This document shows positions 1 to 12,163 of a stretch of DNA of 64,000 bases, in pieces. Origin of the DNA: Phoronis australis. Lineage: Eukaryota > Animalia > Phoronida. Position 1 is the first letter of the stretch; every line of letters starts with the position of its first letter. A program made the translations under genes and the position numbers. The DNA is taken from NCBI GenBank assembly GCA_002633005.1, contig NMRA01000108.1, positions 415,006 to 479,005 of the forward strand. The letters run 5' to 3'. The notes beneath the pieces were generated by a model. That model was not told where the DNA came from. It searched no databases and saw only the letters and a program-made list of their open reading frames with translations.

Positions 1-3000
1 GAAAAAATTGCACAAAGCAGTTTGTCAGCATGGTTCCTGCGATGAAGCACCCATGTGATTACCCAAAATTCGAATGAAGAGATTTCTGCGGAAGAGGTGA
101 GCTGGCGAAGCGATGTGGAGTTGAGCGGGATAATGTGCAAGGATAGATATGCTGGTGTTATGATACTGTGTGATGCAACATCGTTAAGTGATTAACTGTA
201 TTACCAGTCAACTGACACTGTTTCCTCAAGTCACATCCTCAGTTTTACTTTTCTATCAGGGTTGCCATCAAATAAGCTTTCAGAGCCAATATCGTTAGGT
301 TTCTAATTTTCTTTATCGTCAGCAATGTGAAATAAATTAAGGGCATTTTTTTCAAGTTAAATCCAGGACTAGGGAAGCGCCGACGTAAACTTTGAAGTTA
401 ACTGTGTTTCGCATTAGCTTCGTTAGTTAACAAACATGGGAGTTATCGCTAATGGGTGACAGCATCATTATCAAAGTTATCGTGAGATGGCGTAATATGA
501 CCTTCACCCTTTGTTACAGCCGTGACCCTTGCCAATAACTTTGATGGACACCAAAATTGAGTGTTCCCACTGTTGAAACCAGTGACGTGTTGACACTTCG
601 GTGTTAAATGTACTCCGTTCCTGCAAAGTAAACTTGAGCTGTTAGATTTGATCCTCCTGTGTCGAATTTAAATTTTCCTACTGCCTGATGATACACCTTG
701 ACATTAGTGGGAAGGACCTTTAAATTAGCATGGTAAACGTAATTTATTGTGCACTGCCTCTGTCCAGCTAGTTCAGTGCCCCTTGATGGATTGTTGATGC
801 TGCTGAAGTCCTCAATGGTCTTTCAGTACCTATCCTTTAATTAAGATGTATAGTTCAAGGAGTCCATAGATAGGTGATGATCACCTATATTGGCTGTGTA
901 TGATGTGATCCAAAGAAAGCCGTTGTTCGAAGTGGTTTCTGTAATTCTTTGCCTGTTTGGTGCTCTGGTATGACGGACATGTGAAACTTGATTTTGTTGT
1001 CAGATTTATTGGCAAAAATAAAGATTAAGAAATTTTTAATCTATTATTTGCGTTGCTTGGAATGTGGAAATTTTTTGAACCAATATTTGGTAAAAATGTA
1101 TCTATATTATTTACAGCATGGTAAGTTGTCCTTAAAAATAGAAAATGGCAATTTTCGCATTTACTTTGATGCGATGTCTAAAATGTTAGGATAAACAGCA
1201 TTGCTTTGCAGTAGTAGTTGTATATTTCAATGGTGTGGTCCTTTAATTTATTATTCATCACCTTGCTATTTCTCAAATGTCATGTTATTTTCTCATTCCA
1301 TCAGCATTAGTCTAAAAATGCCTGGACAGCTGCTGGTTGGTCAGTTGTTCCAAAACGTGTGTGTTGTAATTTTCGTGTCATTCTTCAGATTCCCTGTGTT
1401 ACAGTCAGTCATATGAATTTCAAAAACATGCAAATTAGCCAGAAACGGCCTGTGACATGCCTGTTTTTTTAATGACTTTTGCATGGGATCTACTACATAC
1501 GCAATTCATGCAGCTGTGATTTTACTAAGGAGTAAGAATAGGCTTCGGATCTTAGTAGTTGGTAGTTGGTCGTTAGTAATGAATGAACTCGGTGAGCTTT
1601 GTGCCTGGTTTCTTGCTTTAAAACCCCAAATAGGTCAATAGGCTGTGTTCTTCGACCAGCCCTTTTCATACTAACGTTGACACGTCGATGTTTTGGGGGA
1701 GTTGCAGTCAGTATGAACTGTTAACTTCGTTCTTGGATTGAAGTTATTAGCGCCAGTTAACTTCGCAGTAAACAGGTGGATTTAACAGTGGAGCATCGAC
1801 GCTCTGGTGTGGTATGAACGGTCAACTCTGGTCTCATCCAAGTTATCTCCAGGGGCCACTGCTATCGTCAACAATTGAAATGTGTAATGCCATGGGGTTC
1901 TTATTCTATTTCGTCACTTTCGGCATTAAGTAAGATTGTACCTTTCGTGTTATGTTGCACCACATCTTAAACACATGGTCAGTCATCTCTCTCGATTGCA
2001 TTGTTTGAAGAATAGATGTCTACTTTCCGACCTGTTTAACTTTATATTTTTATTTTTTCATTTCTTGTATTTGTATGCTGTACTGTACTGCTGACAGTAC
2101 AGAAAAAAAACAGAAAAAAATCTTTTACCCATAATTCTCAGCATGTAGTGTGGGACTGTGATGGTGGAGCAGATGATTACCCTGGGCAAAGCGAGCCCTC
2201 TTTTCAACGGTCTCGGCAACAATGCGAGTCCTTGTGGAGACTCACTTCACGTGTAGACAATATTGATGCTGTGTACTATGATGGCGAGCAGGGTGATGAC
2301 TGCTTTGAGGAGTCTTTGGACACGCATAAGCATAAAAGCTGTTGGTGATTCATCTGTATTTACCTCGATGGCTAAACGCTTCAAAGCTACGGAGGCTCGT
2401 GGCACTCTAGTTTGATTCAACCTTGGCCAAAAATGTAATGGATCTGTTGAAAAATGGGGATGAACGAGGAACAGATTAGTGAACTGACTAAAGTGCTAAC
2501 ATTCCACCCTGCGATAATTACGAAGGAGTTGTTCTTGTTTGAGCTAGTCAGTTGATATAGGACATAATCCTGACACAAGTTCAGTCAGATGAACGTAAAA
2601 TGCAACTCATTCACAAGGCTATTGTTAAGGCCGCTACCCTTCTTTCTGAAGTCTGTCGATTCTCTGGCTGGGCAAACTTCTGACACAGCCAATCCGGATG
2701 GTGTCAAAGACTCGACCAGTGATGTGTTGGCCCTTCTGGCTCATGCCAACAGGAATGTCTTGATGTAAAGGCTGTGTTGTTCCATCGGTCTTACATGAGT
2801 TGTGGTGTAACAGCATGTGTAACCCTGGTGTAACATAAGTGTAATAGTTAACCCAAGCTATGGAAATTGGAATTTTTCTCTTTACTTGGCCTGAATAACA
2901 TAAGTATGTACGAAAATAAGAATTGATATGCGATGTCATTTTCTTCTAATTGACACATGTCAGTATTATAATCAGAAAATGTTCCATTTAATTAATATCC

Positions 3001-3220
3001 TGTCAACTGTTTTTGCCTCAACGCTTATCCCTCGGGGTTGAAAAAGAGCTGTTCAAATTAGTGCGATGTTAGGGTAGGAATACTTAATCGAACTGCTATG
3101 CGTACCACCATTTGTTGTATGGATGGAAAATAACATTCGCAAACAACTGTCTCAACTCTAGGGGAAAATTATCAAAAAAATCCAACACCCGCGAGTCTGT
3201 TTAGCAGGCGAAAAGATACA

Positions 3221-3350
3221 CCAGGTGTAACAGCGGAAACGAGTTTTAACTTATTTAACACTTATCAAATACTGGTGTTACACTTTGGTGTTACACGTAC
3301 CCTGGTGTTACACTGGTGTAACTTTGGTGTTACACTTACTCTGGTGTTGC
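3221..3350. repeat. Cluster of quasi-palindromic GGTGTTACAC motifs
   Basis: Four exact copies (3274, 3287, 3304, 3326) plus variants. Confidence 0.8.
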
Positions 3351-5744
3351 AGCAACACTCAACTTGAACTGACAGGTCGATAGTCTCTGCTTTTGATGCA
3401 GACCACTTACCAGTGTGACATTTGACTGACTTCTTTGCTCAGATTAGACAGTGATTCATGTGCCTAGTAACTACTGACGGAGTCCATGCTGCTGAAGATT
3501 GAGCTCAATATCTTGGTAGTACATCAGTTGCTGTTTTAAATCATGAAAAATTATGCGTATATATGGCTGCAAAATGTGGTTCGGTGGCCAAATAGAACGT
3601 GAAGGCTCTGGTCGGTGGTTGGAAGCTTTGAACTGGAAGGTGCCATGGTAGAATATCGGAAGTATGTCGAGCTGCAAAACATTTTGCAAGGTCTGGCAAC
3701 GTTTTGTAGACATGAGACACAAGAAATCTTCTCTTATGTAACAGAAGCCATGAATTCTAATTCTTGTGAAAGAGTCGCCTTTCACTTGCGTGATTTCGTG
3801 TGACCTTTCGAGATACTTTTGTCTACAGACCTCAGTCCTGATGTGCACCCAATCGGTGGTTTCCGGAAAACAGTCTACTAAAATGAATTGTATGGACGCG
3901 GCAGAGAGTCAGACATGAGCTCCCAAGGGTTGCAATTTGGTCCTAAGTGTTTATTGTACTCATCTGGTTAAAGCCCATGCTTGGTTTACCACCAAATGAT
4001 GAAATATCTATAGTTTTTGTGTTTTATTTGACTTGTACGCTTGTCTTGACGGGTGTACCTTAATCAACCACTAGGGTAAATGTTTAGCCCTAACTTGAAA
4101 AAAAATATTTTTCAACGCCCGCACTTGCTTAACATGACCACTTCATTTTTTAGTTTCCCAGGTTTTGTCCTCTTGGCATTATATCCAGCATGAGGGAGAA
4201 TTGGATAATGTATTTTTCATTAGAACATGCGGCATTCTTGTGCCGGCCGGTTTCTCTGGTGTGCAAACCGCAGCAGCTCTTTTACTCAACTGTCTGCTTG
4301 TTCCATCCAGGGGAACAGTGTGTTGGGTCTAGCAATTATTGCTTTTATTTTACCTTCCTTTGTGTATTGGCTATGTTCTGCACATATTTCACCAATTGTG
4401 AACTGTTGAGACTACACACCACTCCTGCCCCATTCATTCATGCCATAATTCATTTGTGTGCTCAATGGAAGCCCTTTTTGTCAATGAACAGCCCCACTTG
4501 TGATTTATTGCCTATTCAGAGGTGAATGCCAACAGGGGCCTGGCCCCAGGCAAAGGGACCTAACTAGCAAGTTGTTGGTGCACTTTTTATGTAATGGTTA
4601 TCGTAAGAGCAAATTTGAATGCCTCTTAACTTAAGTATTTCTATCCCTTGCTGCAGAATACAGAGTAAATTTAGCCGTTAATATCTCAAACCTTATTCAC
4701 AAAATTGGCCATTTTTACAATATTTCACATATGTTTAGCAAAGAGTCATTCCACATGAAATCACCCAGAGGTTGTCGGGTCGCCATCTCAGAATTGGATG
4801 AAAATTTACTGAGATGTTAATCATGGTACATAATGATTACCTGCAAAATTTTATTCACCTAAGTTGAAGGGTCTCCGAGATACTTTGAAGTTACTTATCC
4901 TCATTCTCAGGGAACTTCAAATACGAAATTCATACCGTGTAAGAAAAAAGATTTAGCAGAACCACCTTGGAACTGTACAACGGCGTGGTCATTTGTTTGC
5001 TACTTATCGGAGGTCAAAAGTTACGGAGCTGTCACTCAAATCGAATCTCCTGCCAGGCAGAAACATGCCGGGGAAGCCAAAACAGTGTTGATCCCGAGAG
5101 AGTTTTGTGTTTGCATGCGTATGACCATTGAGAACGAATGCTACGAGTCGCCTCACGCCTCTGTGCCTTGTGTTCACGAACACAGCAAGTTGCAGAAAGT
5201 GAAAAATCCTCACCCAAATTCCTTAATTTGGGTAATTTGACATTTCACTGTTTCGATCTCATGCTCACTTCCGCACATGCAACTTTTTATACCCTAATAC
5301 TGAGTCGAACTCAATTTTCAAGACTGCTATGGCTCGCGGCTTGTGTAGAACAAAACACAATAACGGGGACCGGATCCACTGATGCCGTCTCACAAATATT
5401 TTTGCATTGTTTTCTTGATTAAAAGTACACAAATTGAAGAAGACATACTAAAGGCCCTTTCATATTGACTTAACTCCGGTCTGAGCGCAGCGTCGACGTA
5501 AACAGCGCAGTTAACTGGACCATTCATACTGGCTTCGGCACTCACACACATACACACATACAACTCTTTGGCATTGTGACTTTACCATAGCGTCGCGTTA
5601 CGCAATTTCTAATTCTGGTGTGAAAGACTAGCCGTAACTTTTTTCCAAGAGGATCAGTTGTCACGGTGCTAGTTGCTCCATTTAAGCCACATGTACGCGA
5701 CATTAGATCACAAAGTGGACCAGCATGAGTTATTTGCCTAAAGA

Positions 5745-6036
5745 CTGTCTGCGCATGCTCGCATAAACAATAGCGAACGTCCAAATCACGTGGAATGCCA
5801 GCGGATCACCTGTATATATGCTATAGCGCAAGCGCATTGAAAGATGATCCCTTTCCGCCCTGCCCCAGTTGTGTTTAGACATGTAGTTGACAGTGGAGCA
5901 ACTGATCGAGTGCAGCAAGATCTACCTCTCAAACCGGCATCAAAGATGGCTGCCGCGGTATTAACTTGCTCCGTGTCAATCGTATTTACATACACAGTTG
6001 CGCCTGATCAGCTGTTCCGCTGTCTCTGGTGTAAGT
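5745..6036 (+). promoter_or_regulatory. Housekeeping-type promoter and candidate first exon (probably DP gene)
   Basis: NRF1-like TGCGCATGCTC (~5750), E-box TCACGTGG (~5786), GC-box CCGCCC (~5855), YY1-like AAGATGGC (~5943), then a GTAAGT donor at 6031; locally CpG-rich. Confidence 0.5.
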
Positions 6037-7186
6037 GTGGTTCGAGTTGAGTTGGACATGTGGTGACGTTTCTGCGTGAATTGTTAGAACAGCCCATTGC
6101 ACAACAGTGGCAATTGGATGTCATGACGGTTGCAAAAATTAACACAAACGCTAGGAAATATCCCATTGCATGAATGACAAAGCCTAGTTCATTAAGTCAC
6201 CAATATCTTAACTGCTGTGAAGGAATGATTATGAGTCTACAGTTATTAGGAAACACTTTGGAACCGGTATAGTGTGCCTAGGTGTGTGGGCTGGACACTG
6301 ACTCCTGCCCATAGGGGTTCAAGACAATAACATTCCTCAGGCTTGGTGTTGGCTTGGTTTGTAAACAAGGCTGTGTTCAGTGTGTACTGAGAAAGCAGGA
6401 AGCAGAATCTCCTAATTTCTCAGGGTTGTTGCACATACCGTACTTGTCGGGGCTCATGCCCATGCTCAGTGTATTACCTACCCCCCCCCCCCCNCAACCG
6501 AACTTATAAGACCGAAACTCTTAAAAATTCCTGTATATTTGTGAACGCCAGAATGTACACAACTTCTTTACCTTAGGGATGATCAATCAGTTTTGGTGAA
6601 ATCATGCCTTATCCAGAATGTAAATGTCTACACTCGCTCTTTACTAAAGGAGACGTGAAATGGTTCTTTTGGCTCTTGCGCATTCCATTGTTATTGTACT
6701 TACGTGCAAAACTGATGGACGCATTCGCCTTAACAATGTGTGGCAATTGTGTAATGTTTGCGATAGGTTATTTAAAGATATGCTATGTAAAAAGCTGGAT
6801 CAGGATACTAAACATCTGTGTATAGTCACTCCCATTTTAGATAGTAAGTTCCTTACTGCATACTCTACAATACGCCATTTTGATTGATTCCTGCATGCGA
6901 AGCCCCAACGTCAGTGTAGTTACCTGACCTTTTGGCTACGCAACCACCTCCGTTCGTTTTTATGCGCCCATGCTCAGCCTTCTACCACATGGCTTTTGAG
7001 TTACCCTGGTCAATAATCCGATGAGTGCGGTATTTTTGGGTGGCTTATGTATGTTTGCTTTTTGAAAAGGTCAAGATGTGGAGATGTATATCTCTAGAAG
7101 GGATTCTGCTAGCAAATGCTTGTTCTTGCAAGTTTTGTTTACTAGGTGAGCTTATTCACACTATTTTTGAAGTGAACCTAATCATA

Positions 7187-7430
7187 AGGGCTTGGAATTT
7201 TCCTCTTTTAAGAGGATTTCCTCTTTTTGGTTTCAATTTGCTACTTTTTGATTTCCAGTTTCCTTTTTCGGCTCTTTTTATCATTATTTTGACTTCATGC
7301 TGGCAAAAACATTTGTTTCAGTTAACTTTTGAAACAAAAAGTATTTCTGTGACACAAGCCTATTTATTTGTGGCACAATATATCACTTCGAAATTTTTCT
7401 TCTTTTTTGTCTTTGGTCATTCCAAGCCCT
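7187..7430 (+). mobile_element. MITE family A (~245 bp, TIR CAGGGCTTGGAAT), copy 1
   Basis: AGGGCTTGGAAT...ATTCCAAGCCCT; internal sequence matches 30921 and 45195 copies. Confidence 0.85.
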
Positions 7431-7847
7431 TAAAAAATTCAATGTGATACAAAAACAACTGCTTAGTTGTAAATTATGGGTCTGGTATGAAAGTCTTGTG
7501 ACATTACCGATGTTCAAAATTGTATATATGGCAACTTTCAGGTACAAACCATGGTAACAGTTTGTTTGCCATATTGCGTCCCAGACCATGGTTAAAGTTT
7601 TCTTTCTGCTTCAGCACCAAATTTCTGTACATTCTAAAATTTAACCCTTAGGAAAATTACCTAATTAAATGCAACCATCTTCCATCTTTTGCAAATGCCC
7701 AAAAAGGGCAGTTAGAAATGACCATGTAGACAATAGTTAAACTGACACAACTTGACACCAGTTTGACAACTTATTCCATCTCTTTGCGGAGCACCAACCT
7801 TCATCTGATCAACTCTTCCAAGCGCAAGCATCGTGGNACAGATGCTG

Positions 7848-7948
7848 TAATAGATAGAACGTGCCAGCGTTTTGAGAACCAGTTTTCTCCACTGAATAAC
7901 GGGCATCAAACGAGTTCTCAAAATGTGGCACGTCACATCCGACTATTG
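7848..7948 (-). mobile_element. Hairpin element family B (~105 bp), copy 1
   Basis: Long inverted arms around TTTCTCCACTGAATAACGGGCATC. Confidence 0.8.
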
Positions 7949-10429
7949 TCTGCAGAAGCAGTATCAGAGAGGCAGTAATTGTCCGCTACACTATAACATA
8001 GCTCACTACACAAGGTCACTTTCCTCCCCTGAAGCATATGTAGCTCCTGTAGGCAGGTTATGCTTTGTTGGTGGTTGCCTGATGGGGAAGGGGGAGCGGT
8101 GCCTGAGGCAACTTTCGCTGGGGCAATAGGCTTTATGGACACAGGTATTGTTTGTGCCTGATCACCCAAAAGACGAAACGTTTTTCTTGTCGCCACTTCT
8201 TTGGAGTGCCTGACAAGCGTAATTTCCCACTTTTTACTCTGTTTGGTCTCTAAAGATCTGTTGTTAGTTGTGTTTATGACACACAAACTTAACTGAAATA
8301 TCTCTTTCCATACATAAAAGTACCTAATAGTGTTAACTCTGTTGTTAGTCTGACATCAGGTCATCGTTTATCTAAATGTGTTTTTGTGGCTTTTTCTTAG
8401 AATTTAAGTGTGCTTAATATCTTCAGATACAGGATGTAGAAATTATTTATGACTGCGTGACTGTAATATGGATAATCTCCGTTACTGTAGATAGTGGTTT
8501 GTAGGATGGTGAAGTCTACAGGGTTACCTCATCCACAAGTCAACGTGTTTTAAGACAACTACCTACAAAAATGTGGACTCAAATTCCATAAGTCGTGTAT
8601 TTCTGAAAAGACAAATCCTGTACAGTTGAAGTTTTTACTTAATACCATACCAGTCTGTCACATTGTTTGGGTCACGTGACCATGTCGTCATGGTACAATT
8701 TAGTAAAGAAAGAAACCTGCATTCTTGCAGTTGTATATAATTTTTCATAAAAATCATGAATCTTATTTTTTGGTTGTCCCTCATACATAATAGGAACATT
8801 TTGGAAACAATTCGAAAATGTAGCTCTGGGACTTTCATTAAAAAATAGGTTAGTCAATGTGACTCAACCATTTCTTGTGTGTACAACAGTCATCAGCTAG
8901 ATTTTGGTTCATTGTTGAAGAACTCAAAATACAGTGTGTTTTAAAGTGACGGATAAAGGAGGGCAAATTGCAGCTTTAAAACGGGCTCTGTTTTACTTGT
9001 ACCTCCACTTATGTCATTGCGTTTGCATTGCAATAGGTTAAAGCTGACCGATGCTACGTGTCGAGTGCAGTCACAAAGTTCAGAATGGTTTCGAACGTTT
9101 GTTCGTGCTCTTATGACTTGGTGCTTTGTTATCTGAATGTTATCGGGAAAATAATGAAAACCGTTGTTGGATTTCATATCGCTGGTCATTAATTTTCACG
9201 GAATTTCTATTGAATTCTGATCACCTTACGAATCTATGCCTCTCCAGGTATTTTAGCACCTGTCTTATCTGAACAGGCCTTACCATTTAAATGATAAGGC
9301 ATGGGCTGGACTGATATGAGGAAAATAGTAAGTTTTAAATAATTGTTTTAAAGTTCCTGTGAATACCAACGACCCTAATACTGCTGAAACTACCATGGCA
9401 AATGAGATTTTTTGTGACACATTCCCGTTGTTACTTTGGAACGCTATGCAGTCGGTCAATGGTAATTTAGCTTCTGGCCATTGTAACCTGTGCTGGTCAA
9501 TAGACTTACTGTAGCCTTATTGGCAAGTTTGCACATTTAGCCAAATATGTAATAAAAGTATGGAATTTGGCTCAGCAAAAATATATATTTCCTGAAAGTA
9601 GGAAGTACATAGAAATTGATTTTTGTCTTTATACAAATATGTCACCAACACTTTGCTTAAGGTTATTTTGGACTGTATTAACAAGTCTGCACGTTTTGCC
9701 AAATGTCTACAAAATTATAGAATTTAAAATACCACAATACAAGCTTTTACTGACAGTGACACCTGTTGGCAACTCGTGACTACACGGAAATCAGCCAATC
9801 GTCCAGCATTGAAGCATCGCGAGAATTAGGAAATTTTCTACACGCATCTCGTAAGCATTGCGTCTGTGTTGTAGCATTTTTCCGTTTTCCAATTTCTAAT
9901 TTCGTGTGCGAAACGGGATAAGTTGATGGGGACGAAACATAATTTCTTTCATTATCGGACTTTTTGAGACTTTGTTTGAGCCGTTTTAACATTTTGTTGA
10001 CGTGATGGTCACTAGGAATCAACGAAGAACATTGGGAAATGTCCATCTGCGTTAAATCCATACGAGAACTCAGAATGCTGTCCCAACTAAACCATCTTGC
10101 AGCAAAGCATATGTCATGGGAAAATGTCTATACTACAGACTCTATCCCTTACACTTAAGCGATTATATGAGGTAATTAGGAATTCTGTGAATAACTATAT
10201 ACCACAATGCGTAGCTTGACATATCCCTTTTACATTGAAGTTTGGAATCGTTGAATTTGAAATGGATAATCCTGATCTGCTCTAGTCGTTCCGTCTCACT
10301 GCCAACAGTTTTAAGGACTGAATCGGTTTAGATGCTGCCCCATCTGGTGGAAGAATTCCGTATGTGGGCGCTTTTCTCCTTCTTGTCAAGAACTTCTTTT
10401 ATGAATGGCAATCAATTGGATTGTTTTTT

Positions 10430-12163
10430 ACAACAATTACTTATTACACTTCAGAAGGTAGAAATATGTTTAGGTAAAATCAATTTGAAACTTCTTCCAC
10501 GTCTGGGTTCAGGTTGAATCAATTTTAAGCTAAACCGTTTGCATGTAAACCTGAGCCCTGTAAACCCAAGGCCTTCATCTAGTGGTCATCCAAAATAAAA
10601 TACCCTAGCTTGGATGCCCTGTTCAGCATTTCGTGGCCCAAGTTTAAGTAAGTACGCATTGGTGTCTCTTTTAACTTTGACATCAGGTGGAGAGCTCATT
10701 TGCCTGTCCATCATGAAATTAGTAAATAAATGATGTAAGATACCATAAACTTAATTGCAAACCCATGTTGCCGTAGTAACACGTGGCACTACAATGCAGT
10801 TAACACCACATGGGTTGATACAGAGCAGCTGAAATTGAGTGAGCGAGGTGCAACGAGTTGTCACTACGAGTGTCAGTCTTGTCACCAGCTTTTGAGGAAT
10901 CCAACTTTCAGCAAGGTAGATATGATCATACTTGTGCTTGTCACAATAACATTCACGGATGATAATTTTCGTGCCGTATGTATACCCGAATTTCTTTACC
11001 TTTTACCTGTTGATTGTTTAATTCAACTGTTGCTGTTTTACACTTTTTTCTGCCTCTAAAATGCAAAAACTTGCATGAGATTCTCTTTCTCAACCTATAC
11101 TGCAACTTCCGCCATTTGTAACCTTGGTGATTGCACTCCACATTCCTGCCCTACAAGTTCCGCCTCGCCTCGCCACCGTTTCTGAGTTGGGTGTCTAAAC
11201 AGCCACGTGACACCAATCATTTTGCATTGTTAGTTTGCTCTGTGCCACAGTTAAGGTCTAAAATGGGTCATAAAACGTAATCTGGTGACGAANACAACAA
11301 TTACTTATTACACTTCAGAAGGTAGGAATGTGTTTAGGTAAAATCAATTTGAAACTTCTTCCACGTCTGGGTTCAGGTTGAATCAATTTTAAGCTAAACC
11401 GTTTGCATGTAAGCCTGAGCCCTGTAAACCCAAGGCCTTCATCTAGTGGTCATCCAAAATAAAATACCCTAGCTTGGATGCCCTGTTCAGCATTTTGTGG
11501 CCCAAGTTTAAGTAAGTACGCATTGGTGTCTCTTTTAACTTTGACATCAGGTGGAGAGCTCATTTGCCTGTCCATCATGAAATTAGTAAATAAATGATGT
11601 AAGATACCATAAACTTAATTGCAAACCCATGTTGCCATAGTAACACGTGGCACTACAATGCAGTTAACACCACATGGGTTGATACAGAGCAGCTGAAATT
11701 GAGTGAGCGAGGTGCAACGAGTTGTCACTACGAGTGTCAGTCTTGTCACCAGCTTTTGAGGAATCCAACTTTCAGCAAGGTAGATATGATAATACTTGTG
11801 CTTGTCACAATAACATTCATGGATGATAACGTTCGTGCCGTATGTACACCCGAATTTCTTTACCTTTTACCTGTTGATTGTTTAATTCAACTGTTGCTGT
11901 TTTACACTTTTTTCTGCCTCTGAAAATGCAAAAACTTGCATGAGATTCTCTTTCTCAACCTATACTGCAACTTCCGCCATTTGTAACCTTGATGATTTGC
12001 ACTCCACATTCCTGCCCTACAAGTTCCGCCTCGCCTCGCCACCGTTTCTGAGTTGGGGGTCTAAACAGCCACGTGACACCAATCATTTTGCATTGTTAGT
12101 TTGCTCTGCGTCACAGTTAAGATCTAAAATAGGTCATAAAACGTAATCTGTCATTGGTGACGA
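10430..12163. repeat. Near-identical direct duplication (unit ~864 bp) joined at a single N
   Basis: 10430-11292 is repeated at 11294-~12163; twin ORFs 10835 and 11699 differ by few residues; N at 11293. Confidence 0.95.

Noticed and set aside
1-102. Good donor GAG|GTGAGC at 97 as a DP coding exon
   Set aside because: The phase-0 frame has TGA at 43-45 and no later ATG; at most a non-coding exon, not supportable
4742-5000. Possible DNA transposon end (GAGTCATTCCACATGAAATC...)
   Set aside because: No matching opposite end or clear second copy could be confirmed by eye
7025-7447. 140-aa hydrophobic ORF
   Set aside because: Reads through T-rich MITE family A; no protein motif
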